A DNA stretch of 59,673 bases, taken from assembly GCA_000165425.1 (NCBI GenBank), contig CT868036.1, positions 186,001-245,673 of the forward strand, written 5' to 3'. Positions within the stretch are counted from its first letter, which is position 1, and each line of letters opens with the position of its first letter. This stretch comes from Paramecium tetraurelia (Eukaryota). Positions 13,423 through 27,381 of this stretch are shown here, piece by piece. The notes beneath the pieces were generated by a model, which did not search any database, was not told where the DNA came from, and saw only the letters and a list, made by a program, of their open reading frames with translations. Position numbers and translations under genes: made by a program.

Positions 13423-13816
13423 TCAAATGGTATCCTTGCAGGTATCAAATTCAAATGAGCCATCTAAATCTTCATATACTTACAACACTTTGGTTGATTT
13501 ATCAGAAAACTCAACTTGTAACTAATTAGAATACCATCAATAATACATTCCACAACATGCCTTATACTAATTGCTTAGCAACTTTTAAAACCTTTTTAAG
13601 CTTGACAGTTTTGCTCAATTTGCATTATTAGGAGGAGTTCTTTTTGGCAACTTCAACGACTTAAGTGTAAGTAGGGTTATTTGAATACTCTGAAGCACTC
13701 TTCCAGTCAAGAGCAGGCTCTTTCTTTGCCTTCTTACTTGCTAATATTTATTATTTAAGAATAGGAGCTGATAATGTGATATTGAGTATCACTATAACTA
13801 TGAGCAACTTTATCAT
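13423..13816 (-). CDS. secreted cystatin-like protein, 122 aa
   Basis: Signal peptide MIKLLIVIVILNITLSA; KKVLKVAKQLVQGMLWNLQVEF contains the QxVxG motif; 25-nt intron 13522-13546. Confidence 0.65.
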
Positions 13817-14139
13817 TGATATTTTAATAATATAATAATTATGCTGAATATAATTTCATTACCCTGAAATTTTTATGTATTCTTCTCATTAACTTTTTGA
13901 GTGATTTGCCATTTCAAAACACTAATATTAGATGTGTAAATGCTAATTTAAACTAATGAAGCAAAAGTAAATATCAAATATAAAATTACAATAACTTGTC
14001 TTTAATTATTATATACTTTGATCTTGCCTCATATTTTTTATGAAAAAATGTAAAATTCTCCAGTTAACTGATCAATGCTCATTTTAATCGTTGATAATTT
14101 GATTTTAATGATTTAAGCAAATAAAAATTTAATAGAAAT

Positions 14140-17100
14140 ATGTAACATAATGATGACTTTGATTTTCAAGGTGGCAACTAACCATAAAGTATGTTTGAAT
14201 ATTATTTAAGTTGAACAAGACTAAAAGGATATTAAAATACAAGAGCTTAATGATGATGATGATCCAGTATTTATGATTTTGTTGGAAGAATCAAATATCA
14301 CTGATTTAGAATATGCTATACTGCTAGATGATTTATTATTTTTCAAAAGAGAAGCAAGGCTCTACAATTATATTGCCTACTTATTCTAATTGACAGAGAT
14401 AGACAAATAAAGTAGACTATTCAAAATATATTATTATTAGATGCTCCTGAGCATATTGGCTAGTTAACTAAGTTATTGAAATTGCTCTTTTAGATTCATG
14501 AGATTGGATAACATTCAGAATACACTTAAATAATAGAATAACAACATCCTTTTGGATTGTTTATAAATAGTGATCTATCTATGATAGATTTATTGAAGAA
14601 TATAATTTTAAATCAAGAAATCAATAAAAAAAAAGATGATATATTCTTTTAAATCAGAATTTATTTGCCAAGATTTTTAATATTTTCAATTAATCCTCCT
14701 AAACCATTTGTAAGTAAAAACTAAATGAAATCATTACAAAACTAGATCATTAGTAAAATCAATAATTAAGTATTTGAAACTAATAATGTGACACCATGTT
14801 AATTAGATTTGTTGGCCTTTTCTTATATTTCTGATTCCAAGTTAAATGATTAATTGTACAATGAAATAATTTTTCTCCTGAAATCAACACTTGATAGGTA
14901 TATAATATATTTAAATTATTTAGTCTTTTGGAAGCCAATAGTGCAGAACAAGGTTATAATCAAAAAATCAAAAATCTATTGGAATTTTTCTTGGTATTCA
15001 CAACAAACGAAAAAATCTTGTAATCCTTTCACTAAATTACTTTTCACACTACCCTCTATAATAGTATCAAAAATAGTTTTTCTGCCTATGGAATTGATAA
15101 TCAACCCAGTTGGTTCTAAGACCCTTTGATTATAGACTATATGGTAAACTTAATTACCAGAATTCTTAGTTCTTATTAGGATAATTAATAGTTCACTGAT
15201 ATATTGTATGAGGATTTCATAAATTGTTTGAAACACAAAGAATTGGATCTGATAACCAAAGTGATCATACCTATTTTGAATAGTCAACAAGCGCCATTAG
15301 TACTTGTATGCTTCCACCCAAAAGTAAGTGTGTAAGAGAGAAAATTACAAAGTGAACTTTTTTTAGAAAACTATTCTAAAATGATGGAGGATAGTTTAAT
15401 CGAGTAGAATGTTCAGTCATTGGAAAAGAACTATTATAAAAAATTGAATTACTATTATTCTCAATTGAGAATGTAGCCAATTCATTTTATTCCAAAAACA
15501 GAAACATTAACATAATTGAGATAATTATATGATGAAAACATAAACATTACAAATTTGAGAGAGGGTTCAATTAATGATATAGAGGTGATTAACCCTGTTA
15601 CTAAGATACTTTATCTTAACAGTAATTATTAGAAGTCATTACTGGTTTCTTTTGGAAAATCGATGGGAGGCTTTTTAAGGTTATTTGATGAGATTAAATT
15701 GTATTTAGGAGAAGATAATGTAGAGGTTAAGGAATTATTGAATGAATTGTAAATTTTTTGTTAGATTGAGGAATTTCAAGAGGATATTGTATAACTTGAG
15801 GAATTCTAAAAATATTTAATTTCATTAGTTGAAATGAACAAGAATAAAGATATTACAGAGATATATGAAAAGCTCAATTCGATGATTTATTAAAAATTAG
15901 ATCAATTTTTTAAAGAAAAACCATATCTAAAATTCATAGCTATATTGAAATATCGAATCTTTGAGTAGATAGTGATTACTGCAGAAAAATAATTGAATTA
16001 TATTAATAAGAATTAGAGGATGGATTCTGGAAATCCTAAAGATGTTGGGAATGGAAAAGATTAATAATTCTAATAATTCAAGTAGAATTAAAATTATAAA
16101 AAAGCGAAATTTGAAAATATATTAAACTGTATACTTCAATTATTAGATCAGCCAGTTAGCATAAAAATACTTTAGCGCATATAATCATCGGATGTTATAA
16201 AATTTGTCATTAAATATTTATAAAGTATCAATTTAACATCATCAAAAAGTTAAAAAACACTTGGTCAAATAGTAAAGTTAATCTATTGTTTAGCATAAAG
16301 TGAGATGACATTGAAGTTATTCATATCAAATGAGAATATATGTTTATTTAGATAAATGGAGTCATTTAATAATAAACTAATAATGCGTTTATAAGCAGGC
16401 AGTTATATATTAAATACCCATAAAGAATTTATGTAATTGTATCAATATGTGGAAGCTAGTTTATATGCTGCACGATTAATTAATATAAAATTTTTAGATT
16501 TAGACCATAAACATAAAGAGGATGCTAAATTGAGTAAGCTTTAATTGTATAGTACCTTTATGAAAATATTGGCAGTTGGAAAGTGTGAAATAAAGACTGA
16601 TGCGAAATACTTGTCTAATATGAAAGAGTATTATCAATAAACTAAAAGTCGATCAGAATATAAAATTTAAAAATTTTTGAATCAGATATCAACTATTGAA
16701 TAGAACATACCCATTTAAGCAACTAATTCCATATTCATAAGACATGATAATGCTAGAATGGATTGTATGAGAATCGTAATTTTTGGTGGCAGTGGTACAC
16801 CTTATGCGCATGGAGCATTCTTGTACGACCTATATTTTGGAAATGATTATCCAGTTAGACCTCCAAAGATTAAATTGGCAACTCCTCGACACGATAAAGT
16901 AGGATTTAATCCCAATTTATATAATTTTCGAAGAGTTTGGTTAGATTTACTTGGTACATGGGATGATAGTTGGAACGTTGATTACTCCACAATATTAGAA
17001 AAATTATTTTCGGTTAAATCTCTAGTGATGAGTGAAAATTTTATGATTAATAAACCGGAATCTTAGATGGAAACTCTTAATGTCGGATAAGCTAATAGAG

Positions 17101-20100
17101 GATATTGCAATTTCATTAAGATTAATAATATTAGATATGCGATGATAGAATAATTACAAAATCCACCCAGAGGATTTGAAGAAGTAATAAAGAAGGGTTT
17201 CTATTTGCGTAAGGAATTGATAATGAAGGAGATTGAATTATGGATAGAATAGGCCGATTTGCCAGCAACTTACAATCAAATTTAGAATGAGTAGACTTAC
17301 AACTTACAACCTTCATTCTATAAATAAGACTTGATAAAAATATATGAGGAACTGAAAGTGGAATTAGAGAAGTTGAAGTTCGATATTGAAACAGATTTCC
17401 AAGTTAATCAAAGGAAGAAAGAAATCAGTTTGAATTTCGAAACTCCTTATTCATAATAAGAATAAAAAACTAAAAAACAGATGCTCATGCCTTAAGGTTT
17501 GAATATAAATGAGATTGATGTCAATTATAATGAAAATGTATAATAAAGACAATTCGATTTAAATGATAAGAATCTACAAAATTTGATGAGTAGATACATT
17601 GCAGTTGTGGGTCTAGATGCAGTCAAGAAGCAAAGCGAATCTACTATTTTTATTCACACTTTGAATGGTTTAGGCATTGAAATAGCTAAAAATTTAATTT
17701 TATCAGGTGTAAAAAGATTGATCCTGTTTGATTCGGAACTAGCTTAGATGAGTGATTTAGGTAGCAACTTTTATTTAACAGAACAAGATTTGAAAAAGAG
17801 AAGAGATTTGAGTGTTTTAAATAAATTGAGACATTTAAATCCATATGTCTAAATAGATGTTCTCTAAAATAGTCTGGATGAATTGAATTTGGATGAAATT
17901 TAAGTATTTGTCACATAGGATCCAGATATTGCAAGTAAGGTATCAACTAATAATAAACTTGCAGTTATTTTGGCATAAACAAGAAACATTTTTGCTAGAA
18001 TTGTAACAGATTTTGGAGATGAATTTATAGTGGAAGACAAAGATGGTGAATAATCGTCAGAAGTCAATATTGAGAATATATCTAATAATGTTGTAACTTT
18101 GTTTAAGAATCAAAATCATAATCTAAGTGAAAATGACTTAGTAATTATTAAAGAGGTCAACTAAGAATAAGGCATTGGAGAGAGTTACAATTAAGTATTC
18201 AAAATAAAGAATGTTAAAACATAATCATTTGAATTAGAAACCAATAGAGTATTTAATAAGTATGTTAGTCATGGTATAGCTTATCAATAGAAATAACCTA
18301 TTAGGCTGTAATTTGATCGAATTTAAAAGGCGATTAGTTCATTCAATCATTATTGTGATAATGTTGGAATTTTTGATGGAATTGATTTAATAAAAAGAGA
18401 TATCATTCATTTCTGTTTGAATACTATTGCAAAAGATTAATTGACACATAATTGGGACATCGAAAAAATCAAAATGTTTATAACATCAATGAGATTATCA
18501 GATCTAAACTAAAAACTATATTTTAAATACAACGAATGCGTGCTTACTAAATATCAAGAAGAGTTGTTACCTTTATTTACATTATTGTCAATGAATACAT
18601 AATTCTAGCCATTATGCGCATTAGTAGGTGGAATGGCAGCATAAGAAGTTTTGAAAGCCATAAATAAAAAATATTCTCCAATCCATTAAGTTTATGTCTA
18701 ATCATTTGAAGATGTACTTCCATTTAAACTGACAGAATTCAACTTTGTTTAAGTTAGTCAACCTAACAATCTTGAAATTAATTTAAAAAAATATGAAGAA
18801 TGCATGTCGAAATTAGGATTCTAATAGAATTAAAATACAAGATATACCGATTTGGCTAACACTATAGGAAATATCAACTAAATATTTAATGCTGATGTGT
18901 TTGTCGTAGGTGCTGGAGCCATAGGGTGTGAATTACTTAAGAATTTTGCAATGTTAGGTGTTAGTAAAAATGGGAAAATATATGTAACTGATCCAGACAT
19001 CATTAAAAACTCAAATCTAGGTCGTTAATTCCTTTTTAGAGAAAAGCACATTAGGAAACCTAAAAGTGTGACAGCAGCTGCCGTTGTCAAATATATGAAT
19101 CCAGATATCAATATAGTAGCAAGATAAGATAAAGTATGCCCAGAAACTCAAGATATCTATCATACTAACTTTTACAATTAAATGAAATGTATGACTACTG
19201 CATTGGATAACGTATAGACTAGATTGTTTATGGATTCTAAATGTATTGAGAATGGAGTGCCATTAATTGAAAGTGGTACTTTTGGATCAAAAGGACATGT
19301 ACAATCCATCATACCTTATATATAAACTGAAAGATATGTAAAAAAATAAGATCCTGAAGAAATCAATGACATACCATATTGCACTTTGAAAATGTTTCCA
19401 GAATCTAATATCCATTGTTTAGAATGGGCCCGTGACAAGTTTGAATAGTACTTCTTTAGAAAACCATAAGCTTTGTTTTAATTAATATAGGATCCCTCTC
19501 CATTATAATAAACTGTAGAAATGGCCATTAAAGTGTTAAACAAATATCCTACCTCTTTTTAAGAATGTGTGATAATGGGAAGATTAAAATTCCAGAAATT
19601 ATTCAATCAGGATATAATAACTTTGACGAGTGCTTTTCCATTAAATTCTGTAACTGAAGAAGGTCAACCTTTTTGGGCTCCTCCTAAGAGATCTCCTCAA
19701 CCCATTGAATTTGGTGAAAAATTTGCATTTGAATTTGTTGAAGATTTTGCTATATTAACTGCATAAATCTACAATATTGCAATTCCCAATTAATATGATT
19801 TGAATCTCATATTATAGAATGTTCAGATTCACAAGATGGACATAAAATAAAATAAGATTCAATAGATAATTGAGATATAAGATAAAAACAATCAATTATA
19901 AAAATAGATCGTTATTGAAGTCAAAAATTATGACCAACTTATTTAAGAGGCTAAGTCATTATTAAATAAGGTTTAACCGAAATTGCCATAGCCTCAAAAA
20001 TTTGAAAAAGATAATGACACTAATCATCATGTATCTTTCATTAAAAATGCCACTAATGCTAGAGCAATAAATTATGGTATCTAAAGAGTAGATTGGATGT

Positions 20101-20666
20101 GGACCAAATTAAAAGCAGGAAGAGTAATATAATATTTTATGATCTTTCTCTAGATTATTCCAGCCATGGCAACCACAACATCGTGTATTGCAGCCTTACA
20201 GACTTTGGAATTGATTAAAATACTACAGAAATCTACTTAATATAGAAATACATTCTTAAATGCTGCCATTCCATTTATGATGCAGAGTCAACCGGGAAAA
20301 GCACAAGAAGTAATTAATTTATTTATTATTATTAGTTCAAATTGAATAATGGTTTAAGTATTTCAATTTGGAAGAAGTTGAATCTCAACATTAAGAAATT
20401 GACTGAACCATTGCAATACATAGTGTATGAAATTGAAAAGATGGTAGGAGAAGAGATAATTAATCTCCAATAAAGGGGAAAATTGTTCTATATGAAAAAG
20501 ATGATACCTAAAGATGAGATAAAAAGATATGAGTATATCAATTCTCCAATTAACAATTGCATAGAGGTAGATTTTAATAATAATTTAGTTTATTGATGGT
20601 TTATCACAAATAAATGTGTAAATAAGTAACAATATTTCGTTTTTAGTGCTAATCACTCTAGTGTGA
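14140..20666 (+). CDS. giant fusion: long N-terminal region + BIRC6/UBE2O-type E2 domain (Cys lost) + UBA1/UBA6-like E1, ~2,100 aa
   Basis: E2 (~16700-17250): [66 protein letters not shown]. Frame traced open into the E1 (from ~17586): [91 protein letters not shown]. About 5 short introns. Confidence 0.88.
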
Positions 20667-20881
20667 TTTATCTTGATTTTATGATTATATAAGTTATAAT
20701 ATAATCGTTATCTTAATTAATTGTTTTGTATCTTCTAAATTATAATGATGATTACACCCAATTTTAGGAATAAAAGAAATTAATATTGAAAGATGGAAGT
20801 TTGCAACAAATATTTGGAGTAGTCTATAAAATATATAAATAAAATCAAATATAAAATCAATATAAATCTCATAATTAATAT

Positions 20882-22376
20882 ATGTTTAGAAACAGGAAAT
20901 ACTTCTGTCAGTCCATAACATTTTACCAATAAGAACAACTACTAAACAAAGTGCTGAAGGACTGCGAAGACTGCTTCAAATAATTGGATTAACATGGAAA
21001 ATCAATAAAGAGAGATACAAAAGACATGTTCATTAAATTTACACAAGCAAAAGTATTGATTCAATCGAATCATTAGTTATAAGACCAAAAGAAATTATTA
21101 GAGACTGACTCTGTTGGTGTGTTTTAGATGCTATTGGACATTATCGAAAATGTAGCACATGATAAACCTTTGATGACATATATATTGACCACCATTGATG
21201 CAATAATATCTGGTATAATTATGTAATGAGATCATAGAGAATCAGAGATTATTCAAATAATTCATGCGAGCATTGACACCACAGGTTGTTCCTAAATTGA
21301 AATAATTCTTGTTTCTTGATGGATATGACAAAGTGGTTTATGAAGCAGCAGCTAAGATAGTCACCATGATCATAGCAGATGAAGGAGGAAATGATGCAAA
21401 AGAATGGGTCATATTATTTATTGGAGGAATAGGTATATTATAATATTAATATAGGAAATAAACTAAAGATTTCAGATTAAATGATTATGCCAATTTGTGT
21501 GCATTTTCTGAAACACGATTCATTAGCAATATAATTTATAAAGAGTGGTGGAATAAAGATGTAATAATCTTATATCTATCTCTATAGAGTATCTAATCAA
21601 TTAACCAAATATCCAACAGACTTACATATAGCTTATTATACAATTTTAGCATTATGGTTATTGAGTTTCACTAATGAATCAATTCCATTATTCAATGACC
21701 CATAAATTGGTTTGATCAGAATGATTATAGAATCAGTGTAAAAGATTTCAAGAGAAAAAATCTTGAGAGTTTCTTTTGCTTGTTTCAAGAATTTGGTTGA
21801 CGTATCAGCTTAATGCATTGAATTGATGGTTGACAATGGATTAATCAAAGTGGTTGATTTATTGTTGAAAGGAAATCTCAAGGATTAAGATTTAATAGAT
21901 GATATCAAATATGTAGGAGAGATATTGGAGAAGAACATGAAGATTTTAACGTATAGTTATAGATTAAGAATGTTAGTTCATTTGAAAAATATGTAAAGGA
22001 ATTAAATGCTCAAAATTTAACTTGGAGTCCAGTCCATACTGAGAAATTCTGGAAGGAGAATGTCAAGAAGTTTGAAGAAAATGATTTCTTACTTATTAGG
22101 TAATTAATGTATCAGTAGAGTATAGGAAATTAGCAGAAATCTTGAAATCAAATAATAATCAAAATATTGCTGTGGCTTGTTATGATTTAGGAGAGTTTTG
22201 TAGATTCCATCCATTTGGTAAAGTGTAATATAATTATATGTAAATTCATTAGTGTTTTGGAATAATTAAATGCAAAATAAGAAATTATGAAATAAGCAAG
22301 GAATGATGATTAGATGATTAGAGAAAATGCCTTGTTGTCATTACAAAAAATAATGTTGCATAATTGGTAAGTTTGA
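20882..22376 (+). CDS. ATP6V1H: V-type ATPase V1 subunit H (start approximate)
   Basis: REKILRV, LTWSPVHTEKFWKENVKKFEENDF, VACYDLGEFCRFHPFGK, RENALLSLQKIMLHNW; several short introns. Confidence 0.92.
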
Positions 22377-22433
22377 GAGAACATTAATATATATATATAT
22401 TAAACAGTATATTCAAATATTTATTAATTTATA

Positions 22434-23826
22434 ATGTCTGAATAGTAATCAGGTTAAGTAATCAATTATTAGTAATTCTTTAGGATTAATTGGATGTAAC
22501 AGCAATGATGGATGAGTTGTATGACAAATTAATATTATTGAATTATGAACAAAGTTATTTAAAATAGAAGTAAGTGAAGTTCTATATTTATAACTAGAGG
22601 TGGTAAACCTTTGAATAGAGCATATTTTGTAAATCAAACTAATTCGAGTGAATAATTCAATTAATTTAAAACGTAACTTTTGAATTGTATTTGAATAGAT
22701 TAGTAAAATGGCTATTTCAATAAAACGATGTACAGACTAGTGATTTTAACAAACTTGATGATCCTGTGACTTTATCTCAGAATATAAGTAATTTCTTTAT
22801 ACATATGTAATAGTAAATGAATTGAAAAATATTGGGATCGAAGTTGACTTTCCGCCAATTAAATTAAAATAAGGATTTGGAGAATATGTTGTTTATGTGT
22901 TGCTGTAATTGGCAACCAAAGCATTGCAAAAAAAGAAATTCCAATACAAGAAAGCCAAAATTGAATAATAATCTTAAACGTAACTAATCAACCTAATCCA
23001 TTAGAAGACAAGATGATGAACCAGTCTAAGAAACAGGAAGTGTATCATCAGATTCCGATCCAGAGGTAGCATCAGAAGAAGAGCCTGAAGATGTATTTAC
23101 TGAATAGGGATTCCAAAAAGAGTAACAATATTGTTCAAATATGAAAGCGAAGACAAAATGGTTATTGAATCCAATGTAAATCCAAAGGAATGGGCAAAGG
23201 AAGTTGAAAGAGCAGCCTAGAAGATTAAAATAGTTATCAAACCAGATGCAGGAGAATGGAGATAACATTTTGATGCCACCAAATAATACTCAAACTAAAT
23301 TAAAACTATTCTCCCAGAGGCAAGAATCAAATTAGAGAGAATGGGTGATGAATTGGGAGAAATCTTGGATAGAATCACAAAAAGAGAATATAATATCAAT
23401 GAGAATATGAGTGAAATGGTAATAATCAACTTAATTCTAGAGCACTGAATTCAAAAAGAAAAATGAAGAATATAAAAAGATTGAACTCTAATATCAGAAC
23501 TACACAAATGCAAAAAAAGAAATGACTGATTAATACAAACAAATACAAGAGAAATTTGAAACTGTTCAAAACAAATTAAATGAACATGGTAGTGTCTCCA
23601 CCAATTAATCTCCAGTCATCAGTATCAAGGCTGCTCTCACTAAATTGAGAGTATCTACATCATACCTATTATTTAATAGTTAGAAATCAAATAGATGGAT
23701 CTAAGAATTGGAGTTCTATCTCACACAATCCTTCAAAGAACTTTTCATGATGCCAAAGCTATTTAAGAAAGAGACTTTCATGAACATGGACTCATCCTAA
23801 ATGAGTCTGATGAATTAACAGATTGA
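22434..23826 (+). CDS. IFT57: intraflagellar transport protein 57
   Basis: MDELYDKLILLNYE..KPLNRAYF..SEQF..DDP..DFPPIKLKQGFGEYV, W..EVERA, EWRQH, SPVISIKAALTKL..EIKQMDLRIGVLSH; multiple short introns. Confidence 0.92.
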
Positions 23827-24099
23827 AATATATATATTAATACGCCAGTCATATTATTAATTATTCTATAAATGCCATCATTGTTCAAAAAATACAATTT
23901 GGTCTAGTTGCAACCTTTATTTAACTTTTTTACTTTGTAATTTCGTCCTGGCTTAAGTACACTCGAAAAGGTTTAAAGTGCATTTGAAACTTCTATTATC
24001 TCTTTAGGATCATTCTTGGATATTTGCTGTCTATATATACATCATCTTATTATCATAAATTTAACAATAATTAAATACATAAATTTCAGTTTTATTAGG

Positions 24100-24460
24100 A
24101 TGGCAAAAGTTACCATTCAATTAAAGCAGCTCTGATACTAATTAGGAGTTAACCAAAAAGATTTGTGCAACAGAGGTAGGAAAAGAATTAATTTAAACTC
24201 AATGATGTGTAAGAATACGCAAAACACTAAAAACAAAAAGGCTATGAGCTGAGTCACTACTACTGAAAAACAAAAACCCTAATAAGTTGAAGATGACGAT
24301 CAAAGCTAGGAAGAAATCCTTAATAAAATCCAAGAAGATGGTTTAATAAGAAAAGTAATATAAGCTATAGCAAAGTTGATGCAACTTAAAAGCTGCAGAA
24401 AATGCTATAATTTCTGTTGTTTATTGCAATAAATACAGTAAATTGAAAATTGTAATTTTT
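24100..24460 (+). pseudogene. probable decayed gene fragment
   Basis: Coding-like run VTTTEKQKPQQVEDDDQSQEEILNKIQEDG preceded by an in-frame TGA; no intact model. Confidence 0.25.
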
Positions 24461-25094
24461 AATTTAATAACAATTTTAATTTTCATTTACTTATTGTTAT
24501 TATAAGGAATATGAGAGAAAATCTAATTTCATATATAATCATTTCTTAATTTTCAATTTTTCTTATTATTACACCTAATCTTTACTATTATTTTGTTCTA
24601 CCTTTTTTTAGGATTTATTTAGTAAATTTACTTGAACTCAAAACTTCTTTGTGAATATTGATCCTAACACTTCAATATTAATTCTTTTTTTTGCTTAAGA
24701 TATTAAACCGATTATGAACTTATTGATCAGTCTGGACATTGAAGTTTATTATTATTAGGTGATTACCCCTTAGATTAATTTAAAGACAATTATTATTTAA
24801 AACTAGAATTATCATGTCTATTCTATATAATATCAGACATTTCAGTTTTAATAATTATGTGTTGATTAACTTCAATTTAATTTTAATAAAAGGATATATA
24901 AAATTAATCTCTTTCAATATTTTGTTCGACTAAAGAAAAAGGATTTAGAATGTTCAATTCTCATTTCGAGTCCATAAATAATCAAATTATATGAATATTT
25001 TAGATTTAAACAAAATATGTTAAAAGAATATCTATTCTTAGATGAGACTATATCTTTATTATTATTATGTAGTTAAAACAAAATTAATACAAAA

Positions 25095-27175
25095 TCATTT
25101 CTTACGAGATGTTTCAGATTGCATAGTTCCTTGTTTTCTGATCTGAGGACTTGATTTTTATTGTGGTTGTTGGGATGAAACTTTCTTATTGGTGGGTGAA
25201 GAAGATTAATTCAATTACAATTCATTTGATGGTTTAATTAAACACCTAGGATGGTGTACCCAAAGTAAGTATAGTTATTCAAAGAAATCCTCATTTGATA
25301 CTACTTCTTCTTGTTTCTTATTTATCATCGATCTTTAATGAGTAATTATCAATTACCAGATCTAATATGAATAACAACTAAATACCAAAAATACATCGAT
25401 ATTGTAGAATGGTTCAACTGTGTCTAGCCGATAACTAAATTTATTGATGTTGCTCAAATAAAACTTAGAGAAGGAATTCCATTTCAGTCTCTCCTGTTAT
25501 TAGAGGAATACAATAGCTAGGTATGTGAAATTTATCAGTCTGATATTGGATTGAGATGAAGATTCTACATATTCATATAATTATTGAGGCAAGATGGTTG
25601 AATAACTACAGTTTATAGAACATAATTAGAATACTTTGCTAAATTAATTTCTAATTCAAAATCGATTGAACTTGATTATTTGAGAAATAAGCTCGATCTT
25701 TATTAATTTTAATTAGGGGATGTTTACTACAAAAAGGTTAGTTCTATAATTTTGATATATCTGAGGGTTTCTTCTATCATCTTGTGAGATAGAGGATATT
25801 ATGAATTGATACCAAGGATTTATTAACACACATTGATGTAATAGTCATTATTGTTATTTTGATTCAATTTATTCAACAATTCTATTCTACTATTGACAAA
25901 TTGTTATTCATCAGCATGAATCCATAAGGAAAAGAGTTCAGGGCCTGATTGTGAGGAATAAAAGTTGAGATTTTGGAATAGAAACTAAAGAAAATCACTT
26001 GCTAGTTATTTCTTGTTGAATTGATCAACATGATAAAACTCAATTTCAATTTAGGATATTAATGGATTGACCATCAATTCAATACAAGGTTTTTATTCTT
26101 TAAAACTGATGTTCAATTGCTCATATTTTTATTGTACAAATGATTTTGGCAGTATGGGTTTGATTGTCAACAATTTAGCTAGTTACTTAATAGAAGTTGA
26201 TGCTTATTAATGAGATTCATAGATTTCCTTATTGAATCTCATGAAGTTTAAGTCCATTTCATGTAATTTTTGATTGATATTTTGGAGATCTCCTTTGGCA
26301 TGTTCAATATTACTAAGTTCGTTCATTTGATCTTCTAAATTGTTATATTGTTGACACATCTTGTTGTTCTCTTCTCTTAATGCCATATTCTTCTTTTATT
26401 CAATTACAAGTTTTAATTAATATGCTCGTAACTGCATTTGATACTTTTCTTCCAATTATTTATATTCACTTTTCATTTATTCCAATCTCTCCTTATAGCT
26501 TTCAATCTACTCATTGACTAGTGATTAAAAACGATCTTATTGCCATTGAGTATTCAAATCTAAGATGATCACTATGGCTTTCCAAATTTATTCAATAAAT
26601 ATTGCAATAGCTTTGTCATCTATGGTCTTTAAAATGCTAGATACTATTTCATTAAGTATTTCAATGCATTTAATTTGAACATCAAATCTAAAGTGATGTT
26701 TAGGATGTTGTTTGTTAAGATCTGAGTTATCCAATTATTATTTTTTATCGAAAAGATCCTAAATGATAGTTTGATCTAAGTTTATTAGAGTCTCATACAT
26801 ACGAAACAACAATTTAGGATCTTTAACCTAAAATGAATATTATTAAGGAAGTTCTTAAACTTAGATAAAATTATACTGTAAATATTTCCTTACCTCTCGA
26901 GACACATGTTTTAAAGTGGAAACAACAGTCTAATGATTCTTGATTAAGTAACCTTCTTCTAAGTATTTCTCGATTATCTTTAAGGGAACATTTGATTTCT
27001 CTGGAATAACAGGTATAACAGATTCTAAGATGAATGCTAAGGGACTTTGATTGAGAGTTTTGTAGTTCGATTTAGATCTGGACTGTGAACTGGTTATTCT
27101 GCTTACTGAAGGTTTTATGGAGGATGAAATAACCCTTCTGTGAGCAGATAAACTGTGTATATTATGTTTATTCAT
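25095..27175 (-). CDS. coiled-coil protein of unknown function
   Basis: ATG 27175, long frame with heptad-like region (ERLEQMKVEYKQLEEKYQMQL..LREENNKM), intron near 26828-26860, TGA 25095-25097. Confidence 0.8.
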
Positions 27176-27381
27176 TTAGATTAAGTAATTTAATTATTAA
27201 ATAAATTCATAAGAAGGTGTTAGAAGTTCTGTTATAAATTCCTCAAATAAAACCCATTTTAATTCTCTATCGATTGATTCCACTCCATTTCAGTAAGTGA
27301 TATTATGTTCTGCTAATCATTTGTTGAGTAGAATAAAAATACTAATAATAAAATTATTTTATAAATTCAGAGAAGGTAATA

